A stretch of DNA of 64,000 bases. Source: Zygnema circumcarinatum SAG 698-1b. Taxonomy: Eukaryota > Plantae > Zygnematophyceae. The position numbers and the translations under genes are program-made. Below, piece after piece: positions 56,008 through 64,000 of the stretch (position 1 is the first letter of the stretch; every line of letters begins with the position of its first letter). The stretch covers positions 3,608,829-3,672,828 of the forward strand of contig CM074807.1 of assembly GCA_037447605.1 (NCBI GenBank), written 5' to 3'. The notes under the pieces are model-generated. The model did no database searches. It was not told where the DNA came from and worked only from the letters and a program-made list of their open reading frames with translations.

Positions 56008-58598
56008 ATGGCGGCCATGGAAACGCGTCTGCTCGGCGCAGAGCTGCTCGACATGGACCGCTTCCTTTCGCCGCTCGACTCTGAGGGCTTCGCATTGAGC
56101 GGGACGCGGGTCAGAGGCTGCAGGTGAGGTTAAAGTTGGGGTTTGGAAGGTTGCGCTTTGTGTGTGTATGTGTGTGAGAGAGAGAAAGAGAGAAGGATAT
56201 GCAGAGGGAAGGGAGGATGAGAGGGAGAGAGGGAGAGGGAGCGGGAGGTGGAGAGGAGGAGACGGGAGGGGGGGAGAGGGGGAGAGGGAAGGAGAGAGGG
56301 AGAGGGAAAGAGGGAGGGCGAGACGGAGGGAGGGAGAGAAAGGAGGAAGAAAGAGAGGGAAGGTGAGAGAGGGCCGGAGAGGAGGCGGAGGGAGAGTGGG
56401 GAGTGGGATGGGAGTGGGAGAGGGAAGGGGAAAGGGAAGGGGAGAGGGAGAAGAAGAGGGAGAGGGAGAGGGACAGGAAGATAGTAGGAAAGAGAGAATG
56501 GGGAAGTGAGAATGGAAGTAGAAAAAGCGGGAGAAAGAGTAGGGAGAAAGAGAAAGAAAAGGGGCAGGGACAGCGGGTTGGGGGGGGAAGGGGGGCGCAA
56601 GTACCGGGGGAGGTGGTGAAGGGGGTGTTCGAATTAAGGGGGGGGGGGGGGGAGGAGGAGGAAAGTGGGAGATAGGAGGAAGGGGATGTGGAGCGATAGA
56701 GAAACGGGGAAGGGGGGGGTGGATCAGAGAAGGGAAATGTGTTTGAAGGTAGGAGGGGTTTGAAGGGAAGAGAATACAACGAGGGGCTGGGAGGGGAGGG
56801 AGACATGGTCAACGGCATTTAGTGTGAAGGTGATAGGAGAGAGAGAGTGACAAAAAGAAAATATCAGAGGTAGTGAAAAGGTAGAGAGGGCGTTGGAGGA
56901 TAAAGGAAGATGAGGGTTTGAATGGCTGGAATTGTGTGAATCGGTGCTGTGGTCTGCAGAGTGAGTGCTGCAGGGTGGGGGAATGGCGGTGGACCTCTCC
57001 CGCAGCAGGCGCCCCTCCACGTGCAGGACTTGGAGGGCCCACCGTGGGAAGAGGCCCCCTGGGGATATCTTCCAGAACTTCTCCCTCCCACACCTCCTCC
57101 CGCCATTTTCGCGGACGACTTCATGGACCTTCCTTCGCTGGAAGAGGAGATTGCAGGTTTCGTGGAAGCTGCAGGAGAGACGGAGGCTTCGAAGGAGGAG
57201 AGGAGTTTCATAGATGAATTGCTCACGCCAGGGATAGTGGAAGGAGAGGGAGAAGGAGTGGGGGGAGGAGAGGGGAGTGGGTGTGGGAGGTTGGAGGGGG
57301 GAGAGGGGGAGGGAGAAGGGAGTGGGAGGGGGAGATTGGAGGGGGGAGAGGGAGTGTCAGAGGGAGAGGTTTGGGAAGGTGAGGAGCTGCAGCTGGAGTG
57401 GGCTCCGGCGTCAACTATGGACGCTCTGTTTGGTGCTACTAGTGCTTCAAATTGGTTCAATGAAGCAGAGCTCGTGCGTGATAGCAGTGAAACTTCTGTA
57501 ACAAGCAGCTCAAGGTCTGAGAACAGTTTTGTGTCTGCATCTGCCTCTCCTTCTGCTTCCTTTTCTAAGGTTAGTTCTGGAAGCAGAGCAGCTTCTTCTG
57601 GGCGTTCGGACACCTCTGCGTGCGGGGTTCAACCGCAGTCAAGTTTGGAGTTGGTTTCGAATTTGACGACAAAACCGCTGACAGGCAGAGTTTCAGAGAG
57701 GGGAATGCCGAGGAATGATATGCAGCTGACAAGACGGAAAGGAGAATCTTTTGGGGGAGGGATGCTTCCCTGGGCGGCAGATTCAGATGTGAGTCACTCG
57801 GGAAGAGCTGCAGCATTCCTTGAAGAAGGTGAAGGTATTGTAAACCTTTCCTGGGGTAGCACACCATCCCACGAGGAAAAATGTAGTTGTAGCGACTGCC
57901 AAGCATCCGTCCTCGACAGAAAAGTACGTGGTTTATCAAACAGTACTCCGTGGTGGTATAGTGGTAACGGATCGATCGATAGTGTCCTTGAATCTGCCAT
58001 GCAGAGGTCAACCGATAGGTTTCTGCAAAGTAAGGTTGACTCCGACATCTTTTCTTCACCTAAACCGGCCCGACCTGCCGACATTTCAGATAGACTGGCA
58101 GCCATTGTGGGTCCATTGACTAAGGAAGAGGAAGCCAAAGCAGCCAATGGTCCGGGCTTATCTGTGATAGCCGGTGCTATTAACGCTGTGACTGTTCGAC
58201 CTCCATCTTCAAAACCAAGGGCTCCCCGTGCATCGAAGAAAGGGGGAGTGGGAGTGGGAGGGAAAAGTGTTGTGGTCGAGAAGCTGCAGGAGGAGAGGGA
58301 GTTGGTAGTGAATTCAGGATTGCAGATTTCCCACGTGGATAGACCTTTGGGAGTCAGAAAACCCGGAAAGAGTGGCCGGCCGAAAAAGCTGCCGGTTTTG
58401 GAAGATGCTTCGGCGAAGGAGATGGCAGGTCCGGACCCTCTCGCAGACCTCGTGTTGGCTGCAAGAGCATCCCCTTGTCAAAGGGGGAAAATGGGAGTTT
58501 CAGAAGCAACGATAAAGCAGCAGCTTATCGCGTTGGCGGAAGCAGTTGCAACCGACGACCAGGTACTTTTCTCTTTCACTTCCCTCTTTCGGAAAGTA

Positions 58599-58649
<51 letters not shown>

Positions 58650-60228
58650 TCTCCCTCCCTCTCTCCCTCCCTCTCTCCCTCTCTCCCTCTCCCTCTCCCT
58701 CTCCCTCTCCCTCCCTCTCCCTCTCTCCCTCTCCCTCTCCCTCTCCTCTCTCCCTCTCCCTCCCTCTCCCTCTCCCTCTCTCCCTCTCTCTCCCTCTCTC
58801 CCTCTCTCCCTCTCTCCCTCTCCCTCTCCCTCTCTCTCCCTCTCCCTCCCTCTCCCTCTCCCTTTGGTGCGCAATCGATGCACCAAGAAAGCCCTGACTC
58901 TGCCGCTTCCTGCTTGCAGGCCCGCGCTCGCTTCTTAACGAGTCTCCTGAAGGAGGAGGCGCGGCCCGCGGGAGAGGTCCTGCAGAGAGTCGCCTTCCAC
59001 TTCATGGACGCCCTGCAAGCACGAGCCAACGGCTCGGGGGCAGCCCGCTATGCGGCCCCCCTACTCGCAGAGAAGGAGGTAATTTATCACCAACACGATA
59101 TACCATCCCTACAAGCTTTTCCCTTGGAAGGGTTCCCAACATTGACTGTCCTCTCATGTGGGTTGTGGGTTGCTCTCCCTCCAGCAAGTGGCTGTGGCTA
59201 TGGAAGCATGCGGCAACCGACTTCCCTACCTGCAGGTGTTCTTTGAAGCCTCAAACGCTGCCACGTGGGAGGTAGTCGCTGGAGAAGCCAAAGTTCACTT
59301 TGTGGATTTGGGCATTTGGCAGTGCTCCAATTGGAAGATGCTAATGCGACAGCTGGCAGCACAGCCGGGCGGCCCGCCCCGCCTGCGGCTCACTGGGGTG
59401 GACGCGCCCTGGGTAGGGAACCCTATGAAGGGCGCTATGCGCACCCCCCCGGCCGTGATTGGCCGTGAGCTGAGCCAGCTAGCGGCACAGCTGGGAATGC
59501 AGTTCGAGTTCCATGTGGTGGAAGCAAGGCTGGAAAATTTGCGGCCCTTCATGATAAGGAGGGACCCGGAGGAGGCTTTGGCCGTTACCTGCACCATGCG
59601 GCTGCAGTATCTATGGGACGAGACCGTAATGCGTTCTAGTCCAAGGGACGCAGTGCTGCAGGTGGGGGCCCTCTCCATGCTTCAGTTTCAGTTTTGCTGG
59701 TCCTGCAATCGCACGATTCAAGGGTACCCTAAAAACCCTAGAAACCCTAAAAATCCTATTCCCTTCTGCTTTTTCGTCTGGCAGCTCGTCCGGCAACTGA
59801 ATCCGCGAGTTTTCACCTTCACCGACATGGACGTCGACCTAAACGGCCCCTTCTTCTTGGAGCGTTTCCGGGAGGCATTGGAGTTTTACCACGTGATGTT
59901 CGAGGCGCAGGACAAGGCCTTCCATTCGCACTGTGTGAACAGGCAGCGGTTTGAAGCCGACTACTTCGGGCGGGACATCCTCAACGTGATTGGCTGCGAG
60001 GGCATGCAGCGAGTGGTCCGCTCAGAGAGGCTCGAAAAGTGGCAGGCGAGGGTCGCCCGCGCGGGCCTATCGCCGGTGCCCTTCAGCGCGAGGGTGAAGG
60101 GAGGGCTCGAACGGCTCCTGAAGAAGTACCCGGAGGGGTTCTCTGTTAAGGAGAACGGAGGAGCGTTGCAGTTGGCATGGAACGACCGTTCTGTGCTCGC
60201 GGTTTCGGCCTGGCGGCCGTTGTACTGA
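56008..60228 (+). CDS. GRAS family transcription factor (paralogue 3), 5 exons
   Basis: Exon 1 at 56008-56123 (an in-frame ATG also at 55990; phase-2 donor) joins 56960 in frame; exon 2 ends QQLIALAEAVATDDQ. Then LQRVAFHFMDALQAR; VHFVDLG..GGPPRLRLTGV..VMRSSPRDAVLQ; NGPFFLERFREALEFY..RSERLEKW..VSAWRPLY*. Confidence 0.94.
58598..58862. repeat. (CT)n/(CTCTCC)n microsatellite in intron 2 of GRAS paralogue 3
   Basis: Directly visible; lies between the donor at ~58563 and the acceptor at ~58920. Confidence 0.93.
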
Positions 60229-61359
60229 CAGAGGGAGGGTTGGTTTTGGGGAAGGGGGTGGGGGGGGGGGAGAGGAGGGGGGCGTGTACAGAGGGGAGGG
60301 ACGAGGGGACTGGTTTGTTGTTGTTTTGTGGAGCTTGTGGGGAGGGAGCTCAGGAGGGAGAGGGAGGGGAGAGGAGGGTCGCTCAATTTGTGGCTCTCAA
60401 GAAGCTCCATGTACATTTTGCGCGTGTGAAAATGCGTACCAGGCAAATTTTTTCAAAGGTTTTTTGGCATTTGTTGTGTTGTTGTGGAAGTCGTGATGCT
60501 GAGTTTCAAGAAAAGCATGCAATGTGGCCATGCAATGTGTGTGAGAATGCGTGGTCTTGTTCGGGGGGGAGAGGAGAGGCTTGGGACTTGAGAGCGAGCA
60601 TGATCAATGTACAAGTCGGGCCAACGGGCCAACCATTGGCAATGGTTGGTAGGCACCGCCAACCATTTTGGCAATGGCTGCACCAATTACCGTACAGGAG
60701 TAGAGTCTACGTGTCGTCGAAACAGGGGAAAATAATTTCGATCTTGGCGCCCACATTTGAATGCCACAATTTTTCCATGCGAAAGTGTTGACCCGGCTGC
60801 GGGAAGATCAACCTCTCCGATCCACTCCCACACTCCCCATAGGTCCATGTATTCTTGGGATCTACGCCGACGTGGCATAGTTCAACCACCCGCACCGTCC
60901 AAAACGCTCCACCACGTGGCCCGATCTGACGTCAGCAGGAGGTGTAGCCCCTGGCCACGCGAAGCTTCTCCGGTCCTTCCCGATGGAAACGCGCCCGTTA
61001 CGTTATGACGTGACGCCCTCTGATTGGCTGTTCGTACGGATGACGTCTTGGCACCGCCCGACCGCCGCCAATTACAGCGAGGTCCGCAAGAGGACAAAAA
61101 AGAACCGACACTCAAATGACACCTGGCAGACCCCGATTCGCAAATCTGTTCAGTAGGACGTACGAAAAAGTATGTACAGTACGGACCTACACATAGAGTG
61201 TACGAATTCGTACGCATGCCTTCCCTAGTTCCATGGACGCTCTTTTTCTCCCTCCCTCTCCCACTCCCCCTCACTGTTGCTCTCTCTCTCCTCTCTCTCT
61301 CCCTTGGCTGTCTCTCTCACTACCTCTCGCCTCTATCGCGCTCTTCTCTGTGTGAAAAA

Positions 61360-64000
61360 ATGGCGGCGTGGGAGTGGTATTCTCGGAACGACGGTACGGA
61401 TTCCGGTCCTCTCTACATCGAAGAACCGGCGCCGCTCTTCTTCCGCGACAGGCTCGGCCCGCCATGGGAGCCGGCCGCCGCCTCCTCAGGGCTCTTCAGG
61501 TCAGTGGAGGGCGTGGCTCTGCCTCGTGGCATTCTCAGATATGGCAATGCGTTCTCTTGTTTTGCCGCCTCTGCCTGAGAGAGTTGCTTACATTGCTTTG
61601 CCTTCTCGGGCGGGTGGTGGTAATCAGCGGGCCGAGCTCTGACTTGTCGGCTCTGGATGACACGTGGCCTTCTCCTCCTCTCCTCCTCCCTCCCTCTCCT
61701 CCTCTTTCGCCTCCTTTCTGGGTCGACTCGTTCCCTGAGGTCCCGGACGTAAGCCTTGTCCTACTGGAGTCTCTCCAAACAAACCCTAATTTTCTAGAAC
61801 CCAACCCTGATTCAGCACAGCCAGACAATGGCTCCTCGGAGGCTCTTCTTAGACAGCAGGAGGAGGCTGCTGCTTTCTTTGATGAGTCACATGGCTCCTC
61901 AGATATTGGAGGGATTCCAGAGTGCCATATGGCAGGAGAAGGCAACGCAAGCGGGAGTTTGGGGGCTCTGTTTAAGCAAGCAGTTGTCATGGACCTCTCG
62001 TTGCCAAGTTGCAGCAGGTCACCATTGGATGGTTGTTCTGCTTCAGAAAGAGGGGAAGTTTCAGACACCGCTGAGAAAGAGGTTCCGTTGGATGCAACGT
62101 CAGACTGGCTACATCCTCAACTTCACGGTGTTGGAATTTCCCCAACATTGGCTCCCTCTCGATCTTCCTCTGCAGTAGCTGCAGAGCTTCGAAGGCAATA
62201 TGTCGATGGATTGGAGTTTGAATCAAGGAGGAGTGCGGCTTCGAACAGCTCCGTCGTTGCCGAACGAGACTCCTCTCTCTCTCCTTCTGGTTTAGAACAG
62301 CTCCTTTCTTGCCCCCTGATTGTGAGAGCGCCATCTTCGACAGAGGGAGCATTCAGTGAGGGGTCGCGGAGTAGTGATATTGAAGCTTCTCAGCAGCCGG
62401 CTAAAAGATGCGACTGTGCAGAATGTCAGGTTTCAGGATTGAATCTTCAGCATGCTGACTGGGCAGCCATGTCCAGCGTTTACAATGCGAATTCAACACT
62501 ACATTCCTCTTCTTCCACAAGTCATAAAAGTGAGCAATCGGATGATTCAGAAAAGCATCCTCAGCAGTTACTTGCAGTAGCTTCTAGCCGCGAGACGCGG
62601 CCCAAAGACATGTCGAACCGGCTCGCAGCTCTTGTTGAGAAGATAACTAAACCCCCACTTGAGTCAAATTCAGGTGTGGTGGTTCAGTTTCGGGGTTCAG
62701 GAAGGAAGAATAGTGACGAGTCTGAAAGGCAAAAGGAAGCTGAAGGAGGACCCTTCCGAATTGCCTCAGAAGTGGACGCATGGATGAAGGCAAAGCAGGA
62801 GGTGTTGACCTCAAGGAGAGAGGGAACAGTCCAATCCCTTCAAGTTCGCAGAGCTTGCAGGAAGCTGAGGAGACGGCGGCCGGCCATGGATGGAACTTTG
62901 ACTCCTTCGGCTGCGACTAAAGTAGTCATGAATCCCTTTATGGAGCTCGCATTTCCTCCTGCGGCTGTAGTAGACAGTTTCAAAATTGTAGACAAGAGAA
63001 AGGGAGGGGACAGTACGCTTCGACAGCATCTTCTCTCGTATGCAGAGGCTGTGGCCACACACGATGAGGTATTAAACGCTGTTTAGATGTCTAAGCGTTT
63101 CGTGATTGGTTTGGGGGCTGCTGCATCAATCTTCCAAAAAGGGCTTATGAAGTTGCCGACATGAACCCTGTTCTCTGGCTAACAGACAGTTTGTATGCGG
63201 TGTTTGTAGGCTCGCATGAGATTCTTGTTGAAGCTGCTTAAAAAGGAGACTTCGTCACGAGGAACTACGATGCAGCGTTTGGCCTTCTTCTTCATGGAAG
63301 CTCTCACTGCCCGGGTAGCCAACACGGGAGCAGAAATATTCTTTAGCAAGTTGAATGTGCAGGCAGAGGTAAGCAGCATGCCCCCTTAACCCCCTGACCA
63401 TGCAGAAGGAGTACACTTTTCGCACGTCTCACATTCTCTCCTTCATCTCCATCCCTTCATTTCATCATCTTCACTCCCACCTTTGACGCACAGCCCCCTC
63501 TCTAAGCCCCTTCTCCATCCCCTCTACGAAAAGCTGGTTGCTTATTTCTATCCTTAACAACTGTGTGCAGGATATCGCTTTCGCTTTAGAAGCGGGAGCC
63601 TCCTGCACTCCGTACGTCCGACTCGCCTTTGAAGCCGCCAACGCTTCCATAGTTGACTCTGTGAGGGGAGAGAGGGCAGTTCACGTTGTCGATCTCGGAA
63701 TGTGGCAGGGGGGGCAGTTTGCCTCCATTCTCCGCCAGCTTGCAGCTCAGCCGGGAGGGCCCCCCAGTGTGCATCTGACATGTGTCGATGCTGCATGGAA
63801 TGCGAACCCCCTGAAGGAAGCGATGACAACTCGTCCGGCTGTGATTGGTAGAGATCTCACAAAGTTGGCAGCAAGTTTGGGGATTCCATTTGAGTTCAGT
63901 GTGGTGAAGACGCAGCTGGAAGAGCTTCAGCCGGAGATGATAAGGAGGGAGGCGGGGGAGGTGGTGGTGGTGACCAGCGCTATGAGATTGTCTTATCTTT
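61360..64000 (+). CDS. GRAS family transcription factor (paralogue 4), truncated by the window end
   Basis: Exon 1 at 61360-61499 (phase 2) joins 61628 in frame; exon 2 ends RQHLLSYAEAVATHDE. Then MQRLAFFFMEALTARV and TPYVRLAFEAAN..VHVVDLGMWQGGQF..GGPPSVHLT..SAMRLSYL, running off the window. Confidence 0.92.

Noticed and set aside
56111-57613. Pro/Ser- and Glu/Arg/Gly-rich overlapping ORFs
   Set aside because: They come from purine-rich intron 1 and the antisense of GRAS3 exon 2.

Overview
Eukaryotic, intron-rich plant-lineage DNA with GT-AG introns, CpG-rich promoters, long (GA/CT)n tracts and two 10-N scaffold gaps. Intron-containing, expanded GRAS genes suggest a streptophyte alga, probably Zygnematophyceae; this is an inference and the species cannot be determined here. 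About 11 well-supported spliced genes can be reconstructed by hand. Four are GRAS transcription-factor paralogues with shared intron positions (two on the minus strand at the left, two on the plus strand at the right). They flank a mitochondrial pyruvate carrier, a divergent calmodulin-like gene, a RING-H2/vWA E3-ligase-like gene, a MORC GHKL ATPase, a PPR protein and MAF1. The most unusual object is a 13-exon minus-strand gene at 12819-7051. Its phase-compatible exons encode signal peptide, OB-fold, bacterial-type EEP (DNase I-like) nuclease, extensin-like Ser/Pro stalk and two PAN/Apple modules. Second, the GRAS N-termini share a CxCxxC motif and an RPxD(L/I/M)SxRLAA motif. Non-coding features include a 581-bp MITE, a ~100-bp repeat family with an inverted pair, a 12/24-bp minisatellite, GTAC-dense blocks and repeated TGACGTCA boxes. 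Exon boundaries are manual predictions from splice consensus, reading phase and recalled family motifs; no database search was run.
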